From Candidatus Saccharimonadota bacterium (GTDB lineage: Archaea; Nanohalarchaeota; Nanosalinia; Nanosalinales; Nanosalinaceae): DNA of 32,000 nucleotides. Under the pieces are notes generated by a model. The model did no database searches. It was not told the origin of the DNA and saw only the letters and a list, made by a program, of their open reading frames with translations. Where the stretch lies: the NCBI RefSeq assembly GCF_047555085.1, contig NZ_CP180230.1, positions 810,001 to 842,000 on the forward strand, written 5' to 3'. Made by a program: the position numbers and the translations under genes. This document shows, one piece after another, positions 1 through 8,216 of this stretch (position 1 is the stretch's first letter; the number at the start of each line of letters is the position of its first letter).

Positions 1-146
1 CAAGAATGATCGCAGTCTCAATGAAAAATCAGGACAGCAACAAGATCAACCTGACGATGAGACAGCCAGGCCTCGGAAAAGAGGAATGGATCGAACTTTA
101 CGAAGAAGAACAGGCAGAAGAAGACGACGAAGAAGGTGACAACTAG
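1..146 (+). CDS. rpoE: 3' end of RNA polymerase subunit Rpo7 (RpoE'); the 5' part lies outside the window
   Basis: The frame ending at TAG 144-146 reads ...RMIAVSMKNQDSNKINLTMRQPGLGKEEWIELYEEEQAEEDDEEGDN*. LTMRQPGLGK-EW matches the conserved C-terminal S1-domain end of archaeal Rpo7. It lies directly upstream of spt4, as in the conserved archaeal rpoE-spt4 arrangement. Confidence 0.65.
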   Translation, partial: RMIAVSMKNQDSNKINLTMRQPGLGKEEWIELYEEEQAEEDDEEGDN

Positions 147-148
147 AT

Positions 149-337
149 ATGGCAGAAAAAGCTTGTTCCGAATGCCACAGACTTGTAGAAGAGTCAACAG
201 AATGCCCTATCGACAAGAACAACGATTTAAGAAGTAACTGGAGCGGCTTAGCCGTTATATACGATCCAGAAGACTCAGAAATCGCAGACAAACTAGGCGT
301 AAGCGTCGCAGGACGATACGCGATCAGTGTAAGGTGA
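149..337 (+). CDS. spt4: Transcription elongation factor Spt4 (RpoE'')
   Basis: 62 aa. CSEC...ECPID zinc-ribbon-like N-terminus followed by NWSGLAVIYDPEDSEIADKLGVSVAGRYAISV, the typical Spt4 NGN-binding signature. Position after rpo7 fits. Confidence 0.8.
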   Translation: MAEKACSECHRLVEESTECPIDKNNDLRSNWSGLAVIYDPEDSEIADKLGVSVAGRYAISVR

Positions 338-348
338 AAAAATAATTT

Positions 349-789
349 ATGGAAGTTCAAATTGAATCAGTACGAGAAAATCCTCTTCTGGAACGCAGAC
401 AGGTAACACTGGCTGTAGACCATGAAGACGATTCAACCCCAAGTAGAGAAGATATCAAAAGCAGATTCGCTGCTGAAAACGCAGTCGACGAAGAAAAAAT
501 CGAAGTAGGCACAATCCACACAGGATTCGGCCGAAACTCTTCGAAAACAGAGCTTAAAGTCTACGAAGAATTCGATTACAGCGAAGATCTTGAAGAAGAG
601 GCCTCTACAACTTCAGAGACAGTTGAAGTAACTGAAGAATACGAGGAAATCGTCGCAGGAACAATCACAGATGCAAAAGACGCAATCAACGATCTTGAGG
701 ATCCTGACTACAAGGCCTTGATCGAGGCAGAAGTAGAGAACAAAAACCGCACAACACTAGTTGACTGGCTTGAAGGCCAGATGGAGTGA
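349..789 (+). CDS. rps24e: Ribosomal protein S24e (eS24) with an acidic C-terminal extension of about 70 aa
   Basis: The N-terminus MEVQIESVRENPLLERRQVTLAVDHEDDSTPSREDIKSRFAAE...IHTGFGRNSSKTELKVYEE matches the S24e family. It lies upstream of S27ae, as in the conserved S24e-S27ae pair. The tail (about 580-786) is extra. Confidence 0.85.
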   Translation: MEVQIESVRENPLLERRQVTLAVDHEDDSTPSREDIKSRFAAENAVDEEKIEVGTIHTGFGRNSSKTELKVYEEFDYSEDLEEEASTTSETVEVTEEYEEIVAGTITDAKDAINDLEDPDYKALIEAEVENKNRTTLVDWLEGQME

Positions 790-795
790 TTCAAG

Positions 796-942
796 ATGGG
801 AAAGAACGCTAACGTAGCAATCTACGAGAAGTACAACGAAGACGGGACATTCAACGGAGAAAAATGCCCTGTCTGCGGAAGCTTCCTGGCAGAACACGAC
901 GACAGGAAAAGCTGCGGCAAGTGCGGCTACACACAGCACTAG
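796..942 (+). CDS. rps27ae: Ribosomal protein S27ae (eS31), 48 aa; too short for the supplied ORF track
   Basis: Hand translation: [48 protein letters not shown]. It has the CPxCG...H.DR.SCGKCGY zinc ribbon typical of S27ae. ATG 796, TAG 940-942. Confidence 0.85.
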   Translation: MGKNANVAIYEKYNEDGTFNGEKCPVCGSFLAEHDDRKSCGKCGYTQH

Positions 943-1016
943 GGCCTCTAAATTTACAGGCCTCTCAATCTTTTCATCATATCTCTTAACGTTTTTCTCA
1001 CAAACATTTTCTCATA

Positions 1017-1997
1017 ATGAAAGTTCTTGGTATTGAGTCCACTGCTCATACGCTTGGAGTAGGGATAGTAGATGAGGATGATGTCCTTGCCAACAAGAAG
1101 TCGATGTACAAGCCTGAGGAAGGAGGTATTCATCCACGGAAGGCCTCAGAGCATCATTATCAGCATGCCTTGGAGGTATTGAATAATGCTCTTGATAAAG
1201 CGGGCCTTGAAGAGGAGGATCTGGATGCCGTGGCTTTTGCTCAGGGGCCTGGTATACCGCAGTGTCTGGAGATAGGGGCTGTTATGGCGCGGAGTATTGC
1301 GGAGCGTTACGATCTGAAGTTGATCGGTGTCAATCACTGTTTATCTCATATCTCGATCGGCACCAGAACGACTGAAGCTGAAAATCCGACTACGCTGTAC
1401 GTTTCTGGCGGGAACAGCCAGATAATCGAGTACAGGAATGGACGTTACAGGATAATTGGAGAGACTCTGGATATCGCTCTGGGAAATGCCTTGGACAAGT
1501 TCGCTAGAAAACTTGGATATCCGCATCCCGGCGGACCTGAGATCGAAAAGTTAGCGGAGAAGACTGACGATATAATTGAATTAAGTTATCCCATCAAGGG
1601 CATGGATTTCTCTTTTTCAGGCCTGACAACAGAGGCCGAGAGAAAGATCGGAGAAGTATCGGATGAGGTGCTTGCCAACAGTTTCCAGGAACACGCATAC
1701 TCTGCCGTGGTGGAGGCACTGGAAAGAGCGATGGCGCAGGAAGGCAGCAACGAGGCCCTTCTCACAGGAGGAGTAGCGATGAACTCCCGGCTTAGAGAGA
1801 TGGTGGAAACTATGTGCGAGCAGCGAGATGCAGAAGCTTACTTCCCTCCTGCCGAGTTCTGTATGGACAACGGAGCCATGATCGCACACCAGGGACTTGT
1901 TGAACTGAAAGACGGAAGAGGAACAAAGATAGATGATTCAGGTAAGAGGCCTGACTGGAGGCCTGACGAGGTGGAAGCAACATGGATAGAGAAATAG
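1017..1997 (+). CDS. kae1: Kae1, tRNA N6-adenosine threonylcarbamoyltransferase (KEOPS catalytic subunit), not fused to Bud32
   Basis: 326 aa. Has LGIESTAHTLGVGIV, VNHCLSHI (metal-binding His pair), LYVSGGNSQ and CMDNGAMIA motifs of the Kae1/TsaD/OSGEP family. Confidence 0.9.
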   Translation: MKVLGIESTAHTLGVGIVDEDDVLANKKSMYKPEEGGIHPRKASEHHYQHALEVLNNALDKAGLEEEDLDAVAFAQGPGIPQCLEIGAVMARSIAERYDLKLIGVNHCLSHISIGTRTTEAENPTTLYVSGGNSQIIEYRNGRYRIIGETLDIALGNALDKFARKLGYPHPGGPEIEKLAEKTDDIIELSYPIKGMDFSFSGLTTEAERKIGEVSDEVLANSFQEHAYSAVVEALERAMAQEGSNEALLTGGVAMNSRLREMVETMCEQRDAEAYFPPAEFCMDNGAMIAHQGLVELKDGRGTKIDDSGKRPDWRPDEVEATWIEK

Positions 1998-2569
1998 AGA
2001 AACAGATTGAAGAAGCCAAAAAAGTGATTGAAGATGGTGGAATAGTAGTTTTCCCGACTGAGACAGCGTACGGCATAGCCGCAGATGTGACTGATGAAGA
2101 AGCCGTGGAGAAAGTTTACGAGGCGAAGCAGAGGCCTCGAAGCAAGGGATTGACGGCCATAGTTGATTCTCTGGAGACCGCGGAACAGTATGCAGATCTT
2201 TCAGAGAGTGAAAAGAAGATTATCAGAGAGTTCATGCCAGGACCATTGACTCTTGTAGCCGGGAAAAAGGATAGTGTTCCAGATAATCTTAACGAAGATT
2301 TCGCATTCAGGATTTCCTCTGGAGAGGTCGCGGATGAGCTTTCAGAGGTTGGACCTATCACCGCTACTTCTGCGAATATCTCCGGTAACGAGACTTCTTA
2401 CTCTGTAGAGGATATTTCAGATGAACTGCTTGAGGAAGTTGATTACGTGATTGATGCCGGAACTCTGAGTAAAGGCCCTACTTCAACGATAGCTGAAGTT
2501 GTAGAGGGAGAAGTAGTGGTGCATCGAGAGGGACCTATTAAGAAGAAGGAATTAGAAAAAGTAATCTAG
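1982..2569 (+). CDS. sua5: Sua5/YrdC-type threonylcarbamoyl-AMP synthase (YrdC domain only)
   Basis: 195 aa. Has VVFPTETAYGIAADVTDEEAVEKVYEAKQRPRSKGLTAIV and TATSANISG motifs. It overlaps the kae1 3' end by 16 nt. Confidence 0.85.
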   Translation: MDREIEKQIEEAKKVIEDGGIVVFPTETAYGIAADVTDEEAVEKVYEAKQRPRSKGLTAIVDSLETAEQYADLSESEKKIIREFMPGPLTLVAGKKDSVPDNLNEDFAFRISSGEVADELSEVGPITATSANISGNETSYSVEDISDELLEEVDYVIDAGTLSKGPTSTIAEVVEGEVVVHREGPIKKKELEKVI

Positions 2570-2571
2570 GG

Positions 2572-4233
2572 ATGGCTACAGGCTTTGAATCAATCGCACT
2601 GCTGATAGGTACAGCAACCCTGCTGGGAATCTTAGCACAGAAAACACACCAGCCGAAAGTCATAGCTTATATTCTGGCCGGCCTAGTCATGGGACCAGTA
2701 GGCCTGAGCATTGTTAGCGGAGGAGAGATGGTCAGCCTGTTTTCAGAGCTCGGACTTGTCTTTTTACTCTTTCTAATAGGCCTGGAAATCGATCTCGATG
2801 AAATCAGAGAAGTACTGGGATCAACTATCGGAATTGCAGTTATTCAGATGTTCCTAACTTTTCTTGCAGGCCTTGGAATAGCTACAGGCCTTGGATTTGA
2901 CACAGTCACAGCTGTATTTATCGGGGCGGCCGTGATGTTCAGTTCGACAGCGCTTGTAGTAAAAATACTTACGAAACGAGATGAGGCCTCTACACTTCCT
3001 GGACGGCTTGACGTAGGTGTTTTACTGGTACAGGATGTTGCTGTTGTTATAATACTTGCTTTACTTACTGTAAACTTCTCTGATCCTGTACAGGCAGGTA
3101 TAAAGCTTCTTGAAATATTCCTGATGATCTCAGTTGTCGGAGTTCTTTCTCTGGCCTCTTCAAGATATGTTTTTTCACGCGTACTGAAGAAAATATCAGG
3201 CAACTCTCTGGCATTCTTTACACACGGAGTTGCATGGGCCTTCCTGTTCATCACGATTGCAGATCACTTGAATCTTTCACTGGAGATCGGAGCTTTCCTG
3301 GCAGGAATCGGGATTGCACAGGTGCCTTACAGCCGGGAACTACAGGAAAGCGTAAGGCCTCTGACAGATCTTTTCATGGCTATATTCTTCATGAACTTCG
3401 GCATCAGTATCGCCGGAGGTTCAATCCAGCAGTATCTAGGAGAAGCAGTTATAGCGTCAGTACTGCTGATAGCTGCCAAGTTCATCATACTTTTCCTTAC
3501 CATCGACAGGTTCAAGTTCACTCCTGAAACCAGTTTCAAGGCCTCTGTGAATATGGGACAGATCAGCGAGTTCGGGCTTATACTGACAAGTCTGGCAGTG
3601 ACAGAAGGATACATAGACTCCGGTATCTCGGGCTTCATCAGCATGGTCGCTATCCTCACGATGGGAACTTCGGCATACCTGATCCGGTATAGAGACAGTC
3701 TTGAAGAGTTCTTCCATCCTGTACTCCGCTTCTTCCAGTCGGAGGCGAAACAGGACCTTGAAATCGAGAAACTGAATAATCACGCAGTGATAATAGGATA
3801 CGACGAAGTGTCAAGAAGAGTCTGCAGAGAGCTTTCAGAGGACTACAGGATACTTGTGATCGACAACAATCCGGATAACGTTGAGGAGCTTTCTGAATCA
3901 GAGTACAAATATATTTACGGCGATTTCAAACACGGCGAAATACGTAAAGGAGCCAATCTAGAGCAGGCAGACTTCATAATCAATTTCACAAGAGAAAAAG
4001 AGATCAACACCGTCCTACTGGAAGAGAGAAACGAGGATACAGTTGTAATAACAGAGACAAGAAGCTTTGAAGAGGCCTCTGAAATGTACGACCTGGGCGC
4101 AGACTACGTAATAATGGAGAACGTCCTGGCAGGCAACCGGATAAGCGAGTATCTTGAACTGTACCTTGAGGACAGAGATCTTTTCCTGGAGGAGATAAAG
4201 GACGATCTTGGCGATTCAAGCGATGAAAGTTAA
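2572..4233 (+). CDS. Kef-type CPA2 cation/proton antiporter with C-terminal RCK/TrkA-N-like domain (paralog 1)
   Basis: 553 aa. About 12 hydrophobic segments with Na_H_exchanger-type motifs (AYILAGLVMGP, ELGLVFLLFLIGLEID, GAFLAGIGIA). The cytoplasmic tail HAVIIGYDEVSRRVCRELSEDYRILVIDNNPDNVEEL is Rossmann-like. Confidence 0.85.
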   Translation: MATGFESIALLIGTATLLGILAQKTHQPKVIAYILAGLVMGPVGLSIVSGGEMVSLFSELGLVFLLFLIGLEIDLDEIREVLGSTIGIAVIQMFLTFLAGLGIATGLGFDTVTAVFIGAAVMFSSTALVVKILTKRDEASTLPGRLDVGVLLVQDVAVVIILALLTVNFSDPVQAGIKLLEIFLMISVVGVLSLASSRYVFSRVLKKISGNSLAFFTHGVAWAFLFITIADHLNLSLEIGAFLAGIGIAQVPYSRELQESVRPLTDLFMAIFFMNFGISIAGGSIQQYLGEAVIASVLLIAAKFIILFLTIDRFKFTPETSFKASVNMGQISEFGLILTSLAVTEGYIDSGISGFISMVAILTMGTSAYLIRYRDSLEEFFHPVLRFFQSEAKQDLEIEKLNNHAVIIGYDEVSRRVCRELSEDYRILVIDNNPDNVEELSESEYKYIYGDFKHGEIRKGANLEQADFIINFTREKEINTVLLEERNEDTVVITETRSFEEASEMYDLGADYVIMENVLAGNRISEYLELYLEDRDLFLEEIKDDLGDSSDES

Positions 4234-4288
4234 TAAAAAACGGAGAAAAGTACCGAAAGAATAGATCTGATTTAAGAGGCCTCAAAGT

Positions 4289-5974
4289 ATGATAGCTAAT
4301 ACAACGCTACCGGTGGAACTGACGCTTGTTATAGTGACAGCTACAGTTCTCGCCGTCGTTGCCAGAAAGCTGAAACAGCCTGTGCTTCTGGCTTATCTGC
4401 TTACAGGCCTTGTTCTTGGCCCTGCTCTCCTGAACATTGTCGGCGGCACTAGAACTCTTACTTTGATGTCGGAACTGGGCCTTGGTTTTCTTCTATTTCT
4501 TGTTGGTATCGAGATGAATCTTGATGAGATCAGGGATCTGCTTAAGCCCATATCTGTGATAGCTGTGGGACAGACGATACTTCAGACAGGTCTTGCCTTT
4601 GTAGTTCCTCTGGCTCTTGGATTCGGGTTTTTTGAAACAGTTATAATCGCTTTATGTACTGTTTTCGGTGCAACACCGGTAATTGTGAAGATTCTGACAG
4701 AAAAGGATGAGCTGAAGAGTCTGCCCGGGAAACTTGATGTTGGAGTGCTTGTTCTGCAGGACATATATCTTATCCTGATAGTGGCCTTGATCAACTCGGG
4801 CACCCTTACACAGCCAGATCAGATACTTGGTACACTGGCAAAGATAGTGGCCTTGATCGGTGTTATAGGAGTTATCTCTCTGGCTTCTTCACGCTACATA
4901 CTTGACGATATCTTCAAGCAGATAGCTGACAACCGGCATGCATTCTTCATACACGGAGTTGCATGGGCCTTCCTGTTCATCACACTGGCAGAGTTCATGG
5001 GACTGTCTGTCGAGGTAGGTGCATTCCTGGCAGGCCTTGGTCTTGGACAGATACCTTACAGAGAGGAGATAAAGGAGCGTATAAGGCCTCTGACGGATTT
5101 CTTCATGGTTATATTCTTCTCTACACTGGGCCTGACACTGTCAGTCGAGAATCTTCAGGCTTACTGGGTTGAGGCAATTTTGGCTTCCGGTGTCATGATG
5201 ATAGGGAACTTCGTGATAATGTTTTACCTGATTGACAGGATGAAGTTCACGCCGAGGACATCGTTCATAGGCAGCATCAATATGACACAGGTCAGCGAGT
5301 TCTCACTTGTTGTAGGAGCGCTGGCTGTCCAGCAGGGCTATATCGGGAACGACGTACTTGGATACATCAGTTTGATGGCGGTTTTCACGATTGGTCTTTC
5401 GACTTACCTGATTAACTATAACAAGGAGATTTACCAAAAAATTGAACACCTGCTTGAATGGCTGGAATCGGAGGAGAAGAAAGACGTGGAGATTAACCAG
5501 CTGGAAGATCATGCAGTGATTGTTGGATACGATGAGATTTCAGAGAAAATCTGCAGAACGCTTGAAAGAGAACATGATATACTCGTGATAGACCAGAACC
5601 CCGACAACACAGAAGTATTGAGCCGTTCACCGTACGAGTACATCTACGGAGACTTCAAACACGGCGAAATACGGGAAGGAGCAAATCTCGAGGGAGCAGA
5701 GTTCATAATCAGTTTCTCGGATGAAAAAGACGTCAACCTGAAAGTACTGGAAGAGCAGACAGATAACGCCATAAAGATAGTAACAGCTAAACGACTCGAA
5801 GAGGCCTCTGAAATGTACGACCTGGGCGCAGACTACGTAATAATGGAGAACATCCTGGCAGGCAACAGGATCGGAGAGTACCTGGAACTATACCTCGAGG
5901 ACAGAGAGCTCTTCAGAGAGGAAGTGAAATCTGAAATCAAACATATCAAAGGTGAAGAACGATCTCAGAACTGA
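4289..5974 (+). CDS. Kef-type CPA2 cation/proton antiporter with RCK-like domain (paralog 2)
   Basis: 561 aa, collinear with paralog 1 over its full length by eye. Same motifs (AYLLTGLVLGP, ELGLGFLLFLVGIEMN, GAFLAGLGLG, HAVIVGYDEISEKICRTLEREHDILVIDQNPDN). Confidence 0.85.
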   Translation: MIANTTLPVELTLVIVTATVLAVVARKLKQPVLLAYLLTGLVLGPALLNIVGGTRTLTLMSELGLGFLLFLVGIEMNLDEIRDLLKPISVIAVGQTILQTGLAFVVPLALGFGFFETVIIALCTVFGATPVIVKILTEKDELKSLPGKLDVGVLVLQDIYLILIVALINSGTLTQPDQILGTLAKIVALIGVIGVISLASSRYILDDIFKQIADNRHAFFIHGVAWAFLFITLAEFMGLSVEVGAFLAGLGLGQIPYREEIKERIRPLTDFFMVIFFSTLGLTLSVENLQAYWVEAILASGVMMIGNFVIMFYLIDRMKFTPRTSFIGSINMTQVSEFSLVVGALAVQQGYIGNDVLGYISLMAVFTIGLSTYLINYNKEIYQKIEHLLEWLESEEKKDVEINQLEDHAVIVGYDEISEKICRTLEREHDILVIDQNPDNTEVLSRSPYEYIYGDFKHGEIREGANLEGAEFIISFSDEKDVNLKVLEEQTDNAIKIVTAKRLEEASEMYDLGADYVIMENILAGNRIGEYLELYLEDRELFREEVKSEIKHIKGEERSQN

Positions 5975-5988
5975 TTAACGTACTGACT

Positions 5989-7608
5989 ATGGTATTTGTA
6001 GCATCATCAATAGTACTTTTCCTGTTCGACAGATTCTCGCATCCTGCTCTGCCAGCGTATATAATCGCAGGAGTTATCGTAGGAAACTTCTTCCCGGCAG
6101 ATGAAATGATAAACTTCACTCAGATAGGCCTCTCATTCCTTGTATTCATATTCGGAGTAAAGATGGATCCGGAAAGACTGAAATCAGTAGCCGGAGACGG
6201 CCTCAAGACCGCTGCAGTCCAGATAACAGCAGTATCAGTTCTTGCAGTAGGCCTCTCCATGATAATGAATCTTTCAGGATTCGAGACGCTTGTTTTCGTC
6301 CTGGCAACTGCATTGAGCTCTACTCTTGTAGGACTTGACTTGCTGGAGAAAGAGATCGATCTGAAGCTGGCGCACGGACGTCTTGCGGAGTCGATCCACT
6401 TGAGTCAGGATCTTATCGCTGTAATGTTCCTGATGATACTGGGAGCATCAGCTTTCACATTTGAAGCAGTCTCACAGAGCTTTATCCATGGATTTGGCGT
6501 GCTAGCTCTTGCACTTCTATTCAGAAAGTATGCTCTCGATCATCTTGCTGATCTTACAGAGAACTCCCGTGAGCTACTGATGCTTGTATCCATAACTATA
6601 CTGATCGGCTTCCTGGGCCTGACCGAATACTTCCAGATTTCGCTCGCTATCGGAAGCTTTGCAGCAGGCCTCGCCGTCTCAAAGTATCCGCACAACATGG
6701 AAATCCTTGATACAACAGGATCGCTTAAAGATTTCTTCTCGGCAATCTTCTTCGTCTCCCTAGGTGCTCTGCTAACAGTTCCAACACCACAGGTACTGAT
6801 AATGTCCGCAGTAATGCTTGTACTGACAGTTATAGGCAAGCCGTTCGCAGTCATCACCTCTCTTGTCGCCCTGGGGCAGAACAAACGTACAGCATACCTT
6901 ACAGGATTCAGCATCGATCAGGTCTCTGAATTTGCACTTATAATAACAATACAGGCCTATATTTCAGGCCTGATAGGCGGAACAGTTTTCCAGGCCGTTA
7001 TAATAACAGCTACAGTCTCAATGATGATATCATCCTATACAGCAAAGCATGGGGACAGGATATACAATCTGCTGTCCGAACATGATCATATAGAGGCCTT
7101 TGGAGATAAAGAGGAGAGATCGAAGCACAATCTGGAGGATCACGTTATCGTTGTAGGCCACGATACTCAGGGAAAGAGAATCATCGAGACTTTGCGTGAT
7201 GAAGAAAAAGAATACATCGTGATAGACAACGATCCTGAGAAAGTTACAGATCTGAAGGAGAAAGGTGAGAACTTCGTCTTCGGGGACGTTATGGAGATAG
7301 ATACATGGGAACGTGCAGATTACCGTGAGGCCTGTCTGATAATATCCACAGTCCCTCTAGAGAAGACTTCAAGAAAGATTCTATCCCTTCCAACAGATGC
7401 GGACAAGATACTGAGAAGTGAAGATATAGAGGAGGCTGAAAAGCTGCTGGAAGATGGTGCGATCTACGTTAACGTGCCTGAAGTACTGAGCGCCGAACTT
7501 CTTCCGGATCATATCGAAGGCCTGATGGAGAACAGGCGTTACAGAGAGGATCTCAGGAGACGGAACATGCTGGAGGTAAGGAAGTACCTGCAGAATCTTG
7601 AAGGATGA
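5989..7608 (+). CDS. Kef-type CPA2 cation/proton antiporter with RCK-like domain (paralog 3, more diverged)
   Basis: 539 aa, multi-TM, with AYIIAGVIVG, GSFAAGLAVS and a C-terminal HVIVVGHDTQGKRIIETLRDEEKEYIVIDNDPEKV Rossmann-like segment. Confidence 0.8.
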   Translation: MVFVASSIVLFLFDRFSHPALPAYIIAGVIVGNFFPADEMINFTQIGLSFLVFIFGVKMDPERLKSVAGDGLKTAAVQITAVSVLAVGLSMIMNLSGFETLVFVLATALSSTLVGLDLLEKEIDLKLAHGRLAESIHLSQDLIAVMFLMILGASAFTFEAVSQSFIHGFGVLALALLFRKYALDHLADLTENSRELLMLVSITILIGFLGLTEYFQISLAIGSFAAGLAVSKYPHNMEILDTTGSLKDFFSAIFFVSLGALLTVPTPQVLIMSAVMLVLTVIGKPFAVITSLVALGQNKRTAYLTGFSIDQVSEFALIITIQAYISGLIGGTVFQAVIITATVSMMISSYTAKHGDRIYNLLSEHDHIEAFGDKEERSKHNLEDHVIVVGHDTQGKRIIETLRDEEKEYIVIDNDPEKVTDLKEKGENFVFGDVMEIDTWERADYREACLIISTVPLEKTSRKILSLPTDADKILRSEDIEEAEKLLEDGAIYVNVPEVLSAELLPDHIEGLMENRRYREDLRRRNMLEVRKYLQNLEG

Positions 7609-7646
7609 ATGCAAATTTTTCACGTTAATGTTCCAAGAAGTAATTC

Positions 7647-8216
7647 ATGGAGATACAGGGCGCAGAGGCCTCGGTAGAAATCACGGATGAAAAAGCAGTG
7701 AAGAGAAGGGAGGAGAAGAAGTATCGGCATCCGGATCTGGATGAAAGAATCCGGGACGAAAGAACACGTGAAGAAGTGAAGAACACCAGAAGAGCGATCA
7801 AATACGGCGTTAACGCACCTTCAGCGGAGAAAAAAGACAAGGACACGATAGAATTTGAACGCATCAATGGAGAGACATGGAAGAAATCCGGGGATCTTGA
7901 AGCCATGAAATCCGCCGGGGAAAACGTGGCAAAGATGCATCACGGCAATATAATCCACGGCGACCTCACCACAAGCAACATCATTGTAAACGACAAGGAG
8001 GCCTATCTTATCGATTTTGGGCTCTCAGAAGTCTCAGAACGTGTAGAGGATAAAGCAGTAGATATACACCTCCTGAAGCAGATAATCGAGGCCTCTCATC
8101 CTGAAATCGCTGAAGAGGCCTGGAAAAAATTCATGAAAGGATACAACGATTACAAAGAAAGTGAAGAAGTTCTTGAAAGACTTGAAGAAGTTGAACTACG
8201 GGGAAGGTACAAATAA
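7647..8216 (+). CDS. bud32: Bud32 (KEOPS atypical small kinase/ATPase)
   Basis: 189 aa. Has GAEASVE...KRR.EKKYRHPDLDERIRDERTREEVKNTRRA, HGDLTTSNIIV, YLIDFGLS, EDKAVDIHLL and a C-terminal ELRGRYK, all typical of archaeal Bud32/RIO-like kinases. Confidence 0.85.
   Translation: MEIQGAEASVEITDEKAVKRREEKKYRHPDLDERIRDERTREEVKNTRRAIKYGVNAPSAEKKDKDTIEFERINGETWKKSGDLEAMKSAGENVAKMHHGNIIHGDLTTSNIIVNDKEAYLIDFGLSEVSERVEDKAVDIHLLKQIIEASHPEIAEEAWKKFMKGYNDYKESEEVLERLEEVELRGRYK

Noticed and set aside
757-939. 60-aa minus-strand ORF
   Set aside because: It overlaps the well-supported rps27ae zinc-ribbon gene and the rps24e end on the opposite strand.
2844-7623. Antisense and alternative-frame ORFs within the three Kef paralogs (e.g. 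2844-3254, 3234-3527, 3327-3659, 3457-3783, 4582-4803, 4963-5172, 6540-6914, 7381-7623)
   Set aside because: They overlap clearly conserved transporter frames. The similar peptides MGLPVHH... at 3234 and 4963 only mirror the identical nucleotide tract shared by the paralogs.
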